This document shows positions 7,976 through 15,601 of a stretch of DNA of 24,000 bases, one piece after another. A program made the translations under genes and the position numbers. The notes under the pieces were generated by a model. The model was not told the origin of the DNA. It did not search any database and saw only the letters and a list, made by a program, of their open reading frames with translations. This DNA comes from Anaerosomatales bacterium (lineage in GTDB: Bacteria; Actinomycetota; Coriobacteriia; Anaerosomatales; Anaerosomataceae), in contig JASEEU010000002.1 in NCBI GenBank assembly GCA_030019445.1, positions 38,995 through 62,994 on the forward strand, given 5' to 3'. The first letter of the stretch is position 1, and every line of letters begins with the position of its first letter.

Positions 7976-10710
7976 CGCCTCCCGAGGGCCGCTTCGAGCA
8001 CCGTTCGTGCAGCGGGTGCTGCTTCGCGCCCACCCACGCCCGCGTTCTCGAGCACGATCGCCACCGCGACGGTGGGGTTCTCGGCCGGCGCGAACGCGAT
8101 GAACCACGCATGGGTCTCGACGCTCTTGCCGGCCTCGGCGGTGCCCGTCTTGCCTGCCACAGCGACGCCCGGGATCTGCGCGCGCGTCCCGGAGCCCGCC
8201 TGCACGACCCGCACCATCATCTCGGTCACCGTTTCGGCGGTAGCCTCATCGGTGGCTGTCGTCCAGGCCCGCGGCGCCGTCTCGCTCACTACGCGTCCCG
8301 TGCGATCGGTGATGGTGTCCACCACATAGGGTCGCATGACGATGCCGTCATTGGCGATACCTGCCGAGACAAGCGCCATCTGCAGCGCGGTGACCTGGGG
8401 TCCCGGCGGGCTCTCGTGCTCGCCGACGGGCTGGCCGACCCCGGCCCACGCGGTCTCCCACGTCGTCATCTCGTCGGGGTCGGGCATGAGCGACGCCACC
8501 GCCGGCAGCTCAAGTGGCGGCTCGTCGTCGACGCCGAAACGCTCGGCCTGTGCCACGAGGTCGTTCGCGCCGAGGTCGACGGCCAGCTGGGCGAAGACCG
8601 TGTTGATCGAGCTGGCGGTCGCTTTGCGCAGGTCCACCGTGCCGTAGGAGGAGCCGCCGTAGTTGGTGACGGGCGCGCCGCCGATGACGAGTGAGGCCGG
8701 GCCGGGGTAGGTCGTCTCGGGGGTGGCGACGCCCGCTCCGAGCGCTCCGGTGAGCGTCACCACCTTCCAGGTGCTGCCCGGGGGGTAGAGGCTCTGGATG
8801 GCGCGGTTCACGAGCGGAGCCGGCCCGTCCGCGCCTGACAGCGTGTCCCACTGGTCGTCGACGGTCGAGGGGTCGTAGGTCGGGCTCGATGCCATGGCGA
8901 GCACCGCTCCCGTGCGCGGGTCGATGGCGACGCACGCCCCGCGCCGGGCGCCCAGCGCCTGCTCGGCGGCTCGCTGCACCTCGCTGTCGATGGTCAGCCG
9001 CACATCGTTGCCCGCGACCGGCAGCCCGGCGGCGGACTCGATCATGTCGCGCACGGTGGCGAACGCCCGCTTCCCGGCGAGCGCCTCGTTCATCGCGGCC
9101 TCGATGCCCGCCCGTCCGTACCGTGGACTGTAGTAGCCGACGACGTGCGCGGCGAGGCTGTCCGCGGGATACGTCCGGGTGAAGACGTCGCCGTCTGGCA
9201 CCGACTCCGCGAGCACCGTGCCGTCAGCCGCGATGATCGCGCCGCGCTCCTGCCGGAGCTCCGCGGCGAGCGCCCGCGTGTTCGCGGGGTCAGCGGCGAG
9301 CGCGTCGGCGGCGAACACCTGCAGGTATGTGAGGTTGGCGACGAGCGCCACCGTAAGCACGGCGGCCATCCACCCGACGCCGGTCAGACGACGGGAGAGC
9401 GCGAACCTCCCGAGGATCCCGCCACCCGCGCTCGTCTCGAGCGCCTCGCCGCGACCCGTGGCCGCGTCGCCCGCGCGCATCAGGAGCGCGAGCAGCATGA
9501 AGTTCGCGACGATCGACGAACCGCCGTAGCTCACGAACGGGAGCGTGATGCCGGTGAGCGGTATCAGCCGCGTGACACCGCCGATGATGACGAACGTCTG
9601 GAGCGCGAACACGGCGGTCAGCCCCGTGGCGGTGAAGGCCGCCATGTCCGAGCGTGCCCGCGCCGCCGTGGCGAGGCCCCGGAGGCTGAACGTCAGGTAG
9701 GCGATGATGAGCGCTGCCCCGCCGAGAAGACCGAGCTCCTCGCCGATCACCGCGAAGACGAAGTCGGTCTCGACGAAGGGGATGCGACCCGGGAGGCCGT
9801 TGCCGACGCCGACGCCGATCATCCGTCCGGCGCCGAGGGCGAACAGCGACTGCACGAGCTGATAGCCGCGCCCCGCGGCGTCCGCGAACGGGTCGAGCCA
9901 GATCGCGATGCGGTCCTGCACGTGCCCGAAGAGCAGGTACGCGGCGGTCGCCCCGACGGCGAAGAGCCCGCCGCCCACCACCACGTAGCCGGGCCGCCCC
10001 GTGGCGACGTACGCCATCACGAGGAACATGCCGAAGAACAGCAGGCTGGAGCCGAGGTCTTTCTCGGCCACCAGCACGACGAGCGAGAGCAGCCACATGA
10101 AGACGAGCGGCCCGAGGCGTCGCGCGGGCGGCACCCAGAGCCCGAGCACTCGGTGCGTGGAGACGGAGAGCACCTCGCGGTTCTCGGCCAGGTACGCGGC
10201 GAGGAAGAGGACGATGAGCACCTTGGCGACCTCGGCGGGCTGGAAGGACATACCCGCGAAGCGGAGCCAGAGCTTGGCGCCGTTGACCTCGACGCCGATG
10301 AGCGCGGGCAGCACGAGGAGCACGATGCCGAGAAGCGCGACGGTGTACTTGTAGCGCGCGACGCGCTCGAGCGAGGGCACCGCGGCGAGGACCGCGACCA
10401 TCACGATGACGCCGAAGAAGACCCAGCGTGTCTGCCCGGCGGCGAGTTCGGCGTCGAGCCGCGTCATGAAGGCGAGGCCGACGCCGCACAGCAGGAACGT
10501 GAGGGGGAGGAGCACGGGGTCGGCGCCGGGCGCGAGGAAGCGGGAAGCGACATGCGCGGCCACGAAGGAGAGCAGGAGCCCCCCGCCGACGATGAGGTCG
10601 GCCGCGCTGAGCGTGGAGTCGCCGGTCGCGTGGACGAGCGCGAACAGCAGCAGTACCGCGGGGGCGGCCGCCAGCAGGAGCGCGAGCTCTGTATCGCGAC
10701 GTGAACGCAC
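7972..10710 (-). CDS. rodA-pbpA: Fused SEDS glycosyltransferase (RodA/FtsW family) and class B penicillin-binding transpeptidase
   Basis: One open frame. The N-terminal half has SEDS motifs (FQPAEVAKV, PFVETDFVFAVIGEELG, LPFVSYGGSS). The C-terminal half has STWK (8764-8775), SSIN and KTGT (8140-8151). I prefer GTG 10710, which has AGGAG 5 nt upstream right after the pstP stop. The ORF-track start at 10797 would overlap pstP by 77 nt. Confidence 0.9.
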   Translation of the reverse strand: MRSRRDTELALLLAAAPAVLLLFALVHATGDSTLSAADLIVGGGLLLSFVAAHVASRFLAPGADPVLLPLTFLLCGVGLAFMTRLDAELAAGQTRWVFFGVIVMVAVLAAVPSLERVARYKYTVALLGIVLLVLPALIGVEVNGAKLWLRFAGMSFQPAEVAKVLIVLFLAAYLAENREVLSVSTHRVLGLWVPPARRLGPLVFMWLLSLVVLVAEKDLGSSLLFFGMFLVMAYVATGRPGYVVVGGGLFAVGATAAYLLFGHVQDRIAIWLDPFADAAGRGYQLVQSLFALGAGRMIGVGVGNGLPGRIPFVETDFVFAVIGEELGLLGGAALIIAYLTFSLRGLATAARARSDMAAFTATGLTAVFALQTFVIIGGVTRLIPLTGITLPFVSYGGSSIVANFMLLALLMRAGDAATGRGEALETSAGGGILGRFALSRRLTGVGWMAAVLTVALVANLTYLQVFAADALAADPANTRALAAELRQERGAIIAADGTVLAESVPDGDVFTRTYPADSLAAHVVGYYSPRYGRAGIEAAMNEALAGKRAFATVRDMIESAAGLPVAGNDVRLTIDSEVQRAAEQALGARRGACVAIDPRTGAVLAMASSPTYDPSTVDDQWDTLSGADGPAPLVNRAIQSLYPPGSTWKVVTLTGALGAGVATPETTYPGPASLVIGGAPVTNYGGSSYGTVDLRKATASSINTVFAQLAVDLGANDLVAQAERFGVDDEPPLELPAVASLMPDPDEMTTWETAWAGVGQPVGEHESPPGPQVTALQMALVSAGIANDGIVMRPYVVDTITDRTGRVVSETAPRAWTTATDEATAETVTEMMVRVVQAGSGTRAQIPGVAVAGKTGTAEAGKSVETHAWFIAFAPAENPTVAVAIVLENAGVGGREAAPAARTVLEAALGRR

Positions 10711-10720
10711 CCGGGCTCCT

Positions 10721-11824
10721 CTACTGGTCGGCGCCTGGCGTCGTCTCCGAGGCGGCCTCGGCCTGACGCCGGTACTCGTCGACGAGCTCGTAGGCATCGG
10801 TCAGGCTGTCGGCGCGCACACCGACGCGCAGTCGCGCGGCGGTGATGGGGTCGAGCACGTCGGTCGGGATGCTCGTGAGCGTGGACCGCCAGTGCAGGCT
10901 GACGCCGGCGAGCTCGCCGGGGACGCCCTCGTAGACGGCGAGGTAGCCGCTCTCATCGATGACGTATGCCTGGGCGCGGGCGTAGGCGTAAGCGCCCCAT
11001 GCCGCTCCGCCGATGAGCGCGAGCGCGGCGAGGACCCACAGCGCGCGCGCAGCCCAGCCGCGACCGGCGCCCGGCTCACCGCGACCGGGCTCCGACCCCG
11101 CCGGGTCGGGGGCGATCTCGGCCACCACGACGGTGATGTTGTCCTGACCGCCCGCCGCGTTCGCCACCGAGATGAGCCGGTCCACCGCCTGGTCCGCGGT
11201 CTCCGACTCGCCGAGGATCCGCTCGATGTCGGGGTCGCGCACCATGCTCGTCAGGCCGTCCGTGCACAGCAGCAGGCGGTCGCCGGGGCTGGCCTGGACC
11301 TCGTAGGTGTCGGGCAGCATGTTGGGGTCGCTCCCCAGCGCGCGCGTGATCACGCTGCGGTTGGGATGGTGCCGCGCGTCCTCCTCGGTGATGGTGCCCT
11401 GACGGATCATGTCCGCCATCATCGAGTGGTCCTCGGTCAGGCGCTGCAGGCTGCCGAGGTGCAGCAGATAGGCGCGCGAGTCTCCGACGTGGGCGATCAC
11501 GATGCGCGTCCCGTCGATCATCGCGGCGGTCAGGGTGGTGCCCATCCCGCTGCGCCCGCGGCCGCTCTCGGCGGCCTGGATGACGGCGGCGTTCGCAGCC
11601 CGGACCGCGCGCGCGAGCGCCTTGGGGTCGGCGGCGCGCGGCGCCTGATCGGCGAGCACGTCGACGGCGATGCCGCTCGCGATCTCGCCGGCCTGGTGCC
11701 CGCCGAGCCCGTCGGCTACCGCCAGCAGCGGCGGGGCGAGCAGGTACGCGTCCTCGTTGCCCGAGCGGGAGCGGCCGACGTCGGTCCCGCCGGCGTACGG
11801 GTCGGCGTGTCGCCGGGCCGTCAC
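10721..11824 (-). CDS. pstP: PP2C-family Ser/Thr phosphatase with a TM helix and extracytoplasmic C-terminal domain (PstP type)
   Basis: RSGNEDAY, VADGLGGHQAGEIAS, LLLCTDGL and GGQDNITVVV motifs. TM helix LWVLAALALIGGAAWGAYAY. The GTG start overlaps the fhaB stop (GTGA). Confidence 0.93.
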   Translation of the reverse strand: MTARRHADPYAGGTDVGRSRSGNEDAYLLAPPLLAVADGLGGHQAGEIASGIAVDVLADQAPRAADPKALARAVRAANAAVIQAAESGRGRSGMGTTLTAAMIDGTRIVIAHVGDSRAYLLHLGSLQRLTEDHSMMADMIRQGTITEEDARHHPNRSVITRALGSDPNMLPDTYEVQASPGDRLLLCTDGLTSMVRDPDIERILGESETADQAVDRLISVANAAGGQDNITVVVAEIAPDPAGSEPGRGEPGAGRGWAARALWVLAALALIGGAAWGAYAYARAQAYVIDESGYLAVYEGVPGELAGVSLHWRSTLTSIPTDVLDPITAARLRVGVRADSLTDAYELVDEYRRQAEAASETTPGADQ

Positions 11825-12240
11825 AGCCGGACCACTTTCAGCTGGTTGGCGCCGAGCTCGATCACGTCGCCCACGCGTGCCGGCATCGGGCGCTGCGCAG
11901 CTTGGCCGTTCACGAGCGTCCCGTTCGTGGAGCCGAGGTCCTCGACGATGGCGCCGTCCCCGGACGGGCTGATGCGGCAGTGCAGCGAGGAGACGAAGTC
12001 ATCGGCGATCACGAAGTCCGCGTCGGGAGACCGGCCCACCACGAGCGGACCGGCGAGCGGGAGCGTGACGCCCTTGATCTCGCGGGGCCCCCGGACGACC
12101 GCGACACCCAGTCCGGACGGCGCCTTCGCGGCGCCGCCGCGCTTGACCACGCCGATGCCCGCCCGGATCGCCGCGAGCAGGAACAGGTAGAGGAGCCCGA
12201 GGAGGAGGATGCGCCCGAAGAGCAGGATCACCTCGGCCAT
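11821..12240 (-). CDS. fhaB: Membrane-anchored FHA-domain protein (FhaB/FipA type)
   Basis: 139 aa. N-terminal TM helix followed by an FHA core (VVGRSPDADFVI..SSLHCRI..VEDLGSTNGTLVNG). Confidence 0.9.
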   Translation of the reverse strand: MAEVILLFGRILLLGLLYLFLLAAIRAGIGVVKRGGAAKAPSGLGVAVVRGPREIKGVTLPLAGPLVVGRSPDADFVIADDFVSSLHCRISPSGDGAIVEDLGSTNGTLVNGQAAQRPMPARVGDVIELGANQLKVVRL

Positions 12241-12243
12241 GGC

Positions 12244-12969
12244 TCAGCCCCTCGGTTCGTGGAAGACGAGGCGCGTCACGCCGATCTCGACCACGTCGCC
12301 ATCGCGCAGCCGCGCCCGTGTGACCGGCTTGCCGTTGAGCCGTGTCCCGTTCGTCGAATCAAGGTCCTCGATGGCCCAGCCGTCCTCCAGGCGGATGAAC
12401 GCGGCATGCCGTCGCGACGTGTTGGCGTCCTGCAGGCAGATCTGGCACTCGGCCAGTCGCCCGACGACGACCTGGTCACCGCGGAGCGCGACGTCGTGGG
12501 CCACATCGCCGACGGTCACTGTGGCGAGGTCGGTCGCCGCCGTCACCGTGCGCTCGGCGCGCGCGGTGAACGCGTCGTCCAGGCCCAGGTCGTCATCGAT
12601 CTCGGGCGTGTCGGTGGCGGCCACCCGGAAGCGGCCGAGGCGCAGGCCGGGGTCTGCCGAGAACTCCACGCGGGGCTTCTCGGTCAGGTGATAGCCCCGC
12701 TCGCGCGCATGGTCGACGAGGTAGGTGGCGAGCTCGCCGGCGAGGGTGTCGGCGAACCGGCCGAACTGCGTCGCGTCGTCGCGGGAGAGCACGACGCGGT
12801 AGCGCACCGGCACGTAGACGCGGTCGACGCCGACCATGCGTCCGTCATCCATCGCGCGGGAGAGCGCCTTGGCGAGTTCGGCGGGCTGCACGGGCGAGCG
12901 GAACGCGCCCGCGAACAGGCCCTCGATCGCCGCGCCGACCCGATCTTCGAAGTCCGAGAGAATGCCCAT
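12244..12969 (-). CDS. fhaA: FhaA-type protein: DUF3662-like N-terminal domain plus C-terminal FHA domain
   Basis: 241 aa. N-terminus is MGILSDFEDRVGAAIEGLFAGAF..PVQPAELAKAL. FHA core is VVGRLAECQICLQD..SRRHAAF..IEDLDSTNGTRLNG. Only 3 nt separate it from fhaB. Confidence 0.9.
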   Translation of the reverse strand: MGILSDFEDRVGAAIEGLFAGAFRSPVQPAELAKALSRAMDDGRMVGVDRVYVPVRYRVVLSRDDATQFGRFADTLAGELATYLVDHARERGYHLTEKPRVEFSADPGLRLGRFRVAATDTPEIDDDLGLDDAFTARAERTVTAATDLATVTVGDVAHDVALRGDQVVVGRLAECQICLQDANTSRRHAAFIRLEDGWAIEDLDSTNGTRLNGKPVTRARLRDGDVVEIGVTRLVFHEPRG

Positions 12970-13006
12970 GTCCGTCCCGGGAGTCGCGTGCTCGTCCAGT
13001 GCTCCG

Positions 13007-13015
13007 ATGATACCA
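13007..13015 (-). promoter_or_regulatory. Candidate extended -10 (TGGTATCAT) upstream of fhaA
   Basis: The minus strand reads TGnTATCAT, 37 nt upstream of the fhaA ATG. No clear -35 element. Confidence 0.3.
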
Positions 13016-13063
13016 ACACTCGAGCCCGGCTACCCGTCCGCGTAACCGGTCCGTGGCCGCACG

Positions 13064-14755
13064 TCACTCGCCGCGCGTCGGCGGACCCGCCGCGATCACC
13101 GCCGCGAGGAGCATCGCGCTCGCTCCCGCCGACACGAGCGCCTCGTCGACATCGAACGCCCCTCCGCCCGCGAGCGTCTGCCAGCCGAGGTAGCCGAGGC
13201 CGAGCGCCGCCGCGCCGAGGACGATGCCGGCGACCGCCCCGCCCCGCGTGCCGCGTGCGCACAGCAGCGACGCGATCGCGCCCGCGCCCGCCCAGGCGAG
13301 CGCCGCGACCAACGGCCCGACCGCAAACAGTCCCCGCAGGTTGGCGGCCATGATGGCGCCGTCCCAGGGCGCCGAGAAGAACGCGGGATCGACCGCCAGG
13401 TACGGGGCCCTGCCGCCGGTGGCCGCGGACGCCGCCATGAGCGCGACCGCCGACGCGGCGCCGGACACCGCCGCGCGCGCCGGCCCGAACACGTAGCCGG
13501 CCAGAAGCGGTGCGGCGAGCCCGAGGCGGGCGACGCCGAGAGCGGGCGCGGTGGCCGGCAGGAGGGAGTCGCCCTCGCCGCGCCGCCCGGCCCATGCCCA
13601 GACGGCGCCGGCCATCACGAGGAAGACGATCCCCCCGGCCAGGTCCGTCGCGAACAGCCCGGCGGCGAACGCACCAAGCCCGAGCGCAAGGCCGAGCGCG
13701 GGCACGATCGCCGCGGCGAGGGCCACGAGCGCCGTGGCGCCGAGCAGGGCCGCCTGCTCAAGGGAGAACGCGCCCAGGCCCGCCCACGCCAGCCACCCGC
13801 ACAGCGCAGCCGCCCACGCGCGGCGGGCGACGGGCGCCCATCGGGCGAGCCGGTCCCACAGGCCGAGCCCGGACGCGCCGGGCTCGAAGCCGCCGTCCTC
13901 CTCGGCAGCGAGCGATGAGACGAGCTCGGCGAGCGATTCGCGCCCCGCCTCGGCATCGCCGAGGTGATCGAGCAGCGCCGCCGCGAACTCCGTCGCGGAC
14001 TGGTAGCGCTCCTCGGGCTCGGGGGCGAGCGCGGCGAGCAGCACCGTGTCGATCCCGGGCCCGAGGGAGGGCTCGAACTCGGACGGGGCGGGCATGTCCG
14101 CGTGCTCGATGCGGAAGAGCGACCCCTCGGCGCTCTCGGAGTCGAACGGCAGCGCGAGCGTCAACGCCTCATACGCGAGCGCCGCGAACGCCCACTCGTC
14201 GGTCCGCTCGTCGACGGGCTCGCTGCGGATCTGCTCGGGGGGCATGTAGCCGATGGTGCCCGCGAAGCTGCGGGCACGGCCGGTGACGTCGGTGAGCGCA
14301 GCCACGCCGAAGTCGGCCACCTTCACCCGTCCGTCCCGGGTGATGAGGACGTTCTGCGGCTTGATGTCGAGGTGCAGCACGCCGTTCTCGTGCGCGAACC
14401 CGATGGCGCGCGCGAGCGCCCCCACGACGGCCGCCGCTTCGTCCGCGTCGAGCGGCGTGTCGATAGCGTCGAGCAGCTCCGCGAGCGAGAGGCCGTCGAT
14501 GTGCTCCATGACGAGGTACGCGGCGTGCTCGTCGGAATCCCACTCGTGCACGGTGACGATCTCGGGGTGGTTGAGCATCGCCGCGGTGCGCGCTTCGGCC
14601 AGGCCGGCAGGCTTCGCCTTCGTGCCGAGGGGCAGTCGCTTGATGGCGACGCGGCGCGCCATGCGCGTGTCGAAGCCGAGGACGACGGTGCCGTGACCGC
14701 CGGCGCCGAGCTCGGCCAGCGGGCGGTATCGGTCCAGGATAAGCGGCTCTTCCAC
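13064..14755 (-). CDS. Ser/Thr protein kinase (non-RD Hanks type) fused to a polytopic membrane domain
   Basis: 563 aa. Kinase motifs LGAGGHGTV, VAIKRL, HLDIKPQN (HLD rather than HRD), DFGVA and MPPEQ. Residues from about 313 to 555 form roughly 8-9 Ala/Gly/Leu-rich hydrophobic segments. GTG start with GAGGAG upstream. Confidence 0.88.
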   Translation of the reverse strand: MEEPLILDRYRPLAELGAGGHGTVVLGFDTRMARRVAIKRLPLGTKAKPAGLAEARTAAMLNHPEIVTVHEWDSDEHAAYLVMEHIDGLSLAELLDAIDTPLDADEAAAVVGALARAIGFAHENGVLHLDIKPQNVLITRDGRVKVADFGVAALTDVTGRARSFAGTIGYMPPEQIRSEPVDERTDEWAFAALAYEALTLALPFDSESAEGSLFRIEHADMPAPSEFEPSLGPGIDTVLLAALAPEPEERYQSATEFAAALLDHLGDAEAGRESLAELVSSLAAEEDGGFEPGASGLGLWDRLARWAPVARRAWAAALCGWLAWAGLGAFSLEQAALLGATALVALAAAIVPALGLALGLGAFAAGLFATDLAGGIVFLVMAGAVWAWAGRRGEGDSLLPATAPALGVARLGLAAPLLAGYVFGPARAAVSGAASAVALMAASAATGGRAPYLAVDPAFFSAPWDGAIMAANLRGLFAVGPLVAALAWAGAGAIASLLCARGTRGGAVAGIVLGAAALGLGYLGWQTLAGGGAFDVDEALVSAGASAMLLAAVIAAGPPTRGE

Positions 14756-14784
14756 GGCGCTCCTCGGCAGCGGGTCTCACCGCG

Positions 14785-14790
14785 ATTGTA
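14785..14790 (-). promoter_or_regulatory. Candidate -10 hexamer (TACAAT) for the upstream kinase gene
   Basis: TACAAT on the minus strand, 29 nt upstream of GTG 14755. No good -35 element. Confidence 0.3.
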
Positions 14791-14805
14791 CGCGACCCGC
14801 GCGCC

Positions 14806-14834
14806 TTTACGCTTCCCACCTGCGGTGCTACTAT
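14806..14834 (+). promoter_or_regulatory. Candidate sigma-70-like promoter for tRNA-Leu
   Basis: TTTACG (14806-14811), a 17-nt spacer, then TACTAT (14829-14834), ending 14 nt before the tRNA 5' end. Confidence 0.45.
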
Positions 14835-14848
14835 TCACTCTCGCACAC

Positions 14849-14934
14849 GCGGGTGTGGCGGAATGGCAGACGCGCATGGTTCAGGTCCATGTGGGGGCAA
14901 CCCCGTGAAGGTTCAACTCCTTTCACCCGCACCA
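14849..14934 (+). tRNA. tRNA-Leu (anticodon CAG), class II
   Basis: 86 nt. Acceptor GCGGGTG/CACCCGC, anticodon arm CATGG-TTCAGGT-CCATG, long variable arm TGGGGGCAACCCCGT, T arm GAAGG-TTCAACT-CCTTT, encoded CCA. Confidence 0.93.
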
Positions 14935-14943
14935 CAGACGCAC

Positions 14944-14969
14944 AAAGGGCTCCCCTCGGGGAGCCCTTT
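14944..14969. terminator. Bidirectional intrinsic terminator between tRNA-Leu and the FKBP gene
   Basis: Perfect 11-bp stem AAAGGGCTCCC/GGGAGCCCTTT with loop CTCG. T-runs on both strands: TTTC on the plus strand and TTTGTG on the minus strand. Confidence 0.75.
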
Positions 14970-14997
14970 CGCGTACTGCCGGGAGCGGCGGGCGGCG

Positions 14998-15423
14998 CTA
15001 CGCCTCCACGACCTCCACGAGCTCGACCTCGAACGTGAGGTCCTCGCCCGCGAGCGGGTGGTTGAAGTCGAGCGTCACCATCTCGTCCTCGATCGCCGAG
15101 ACGACCGCCGGTATGCGGTGGCCGTCGGGCGTGGGGACCTCGACCATGATGCCGACGGTCGGCTCCGCCGCGAAGGCGGACATCGGGACCTGCTGGACGC
15201 GCGCGTCGACCCGCTCGCCGTAGGCATCGGCGCAGGCGACCGTGAACGTCGCCTTCTCGCCGGCCTCGAGGTCGCTCACAGCGCTCTCGAAGCCCGGGAT
15301 GACCTGGCCCTCGCCGAGCACGAACTCGAGCGGGTCGCGGCCGGCGCTGCTGTCGAACTCGCTGCCATCGTTGAGCGTGCCCTTGTAGTGCACGCGGACG
15401 GTATCGCCGTTCTTGGGTTTCAT
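14998..15423 (-). CDS. slyD: FKBP-type peptidyl-prolyl isomerase, SlyD-like (with insert-in-flap region, no His-rich tail)
   Basis: 141 aa. VRVHYKGTLNDGSEFDSS..PLEFVLGEGQVIPGFE..LDFNHPLAGEDLTFEVELVEV. ATG 15423 has GGGAGG 8 nt upstream, and the ORF-track start at 15468 is rejected. Confidence 0.88.
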   Translation of the reverse strand: MKPKNGDTVRVHYKGTLNDGSEFDSSAGRDPLEFVLGEGQVIPGFESAVSDLEAGEKATFTVACADAYGERVDARVQQVPMSAFAAEPTVGIMVEVPTPDGHRIPAVVSAIEDEMVTLDFNHPLAGEDLTFEVELVEVVEA

Positions 15424-15525
15424 AGGGAATGCCTCCCACTGGGATCGCTTCCGGACACGTCCTACCACTGTACATCACCGGTCAAATGTGACGCTTCGAT
15501 GACGCGCTCTTCCCATGCGTCCGCT

Positions 15526-15539
15526 GCGCTCGTTACGAT
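15526..15539 (+). promoter_or_regulatory. Motif GCGCTCGTTACGAT upstream of SemiSWEET-1, shared with SemiSWEET-2 (contains a TACGAT -10-like hexamer)
   Basis: Near-identical to GCGCTCGTACGAT at 18589-18601. TACGAT fits the TANNNT pattern, and TTCCCA lies 18 nt upstream. Confidence 0.35.
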
Positions 15540-15601
15540 TCGCGCTCGCACATCGAAATCGGTGTCATCAGACACCGCCGAGAAGAGAGAACGAGCACAG
15601 G

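Noticed and set aside
9145-10704. 519-aa plus-strand ORF opposite the RodA-PBP gene. Similar long antisense ORFs occur at 10406-12190, 11902-13353, 18957-20813, 2565-3923, 8110-8694 and 13964-14908.
   Set aside because: These are high-GC shadow frames. Their composition is dominated by Arg, Asp, Glu, His and Gly with no recognisable motifs. Each lies fully antisense to a gene with clear domain signatures and proper RBS and start context.
4615-14934. The possibility that the segment between tRNA-Arg and tRNA-Leu is a tRNA-targeted genomic island.
   Set aside because: I saw no integrase, no direct repeats of tRNA 3' ends and no compositional shift. The content is the core, widely conserved actinobacterial cell-division and signalling cluster.
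15480-15485. TTGACC on the minus strand as a -35 element for the FKBP gene.
   Set aside because: No acceptable -10 hexamer follows at 16-19 nt spacing. The best candidate, TAGGAC at 15 nt, does not fit TANNNT.
15515-15601. A 29-codon N-terminal extension of SemiSWEET-1 (MRPLRSLRFALAHRNRCHQTPPRRENEHR).
   Set aside because: Starting at ATG 15602 puts the PQ motif at residues 27-28, exactly as in the paralog, in a gapless alignment. The extension is Arg-rich and covers the shared upstream motif, which is more plausibly regulatory.
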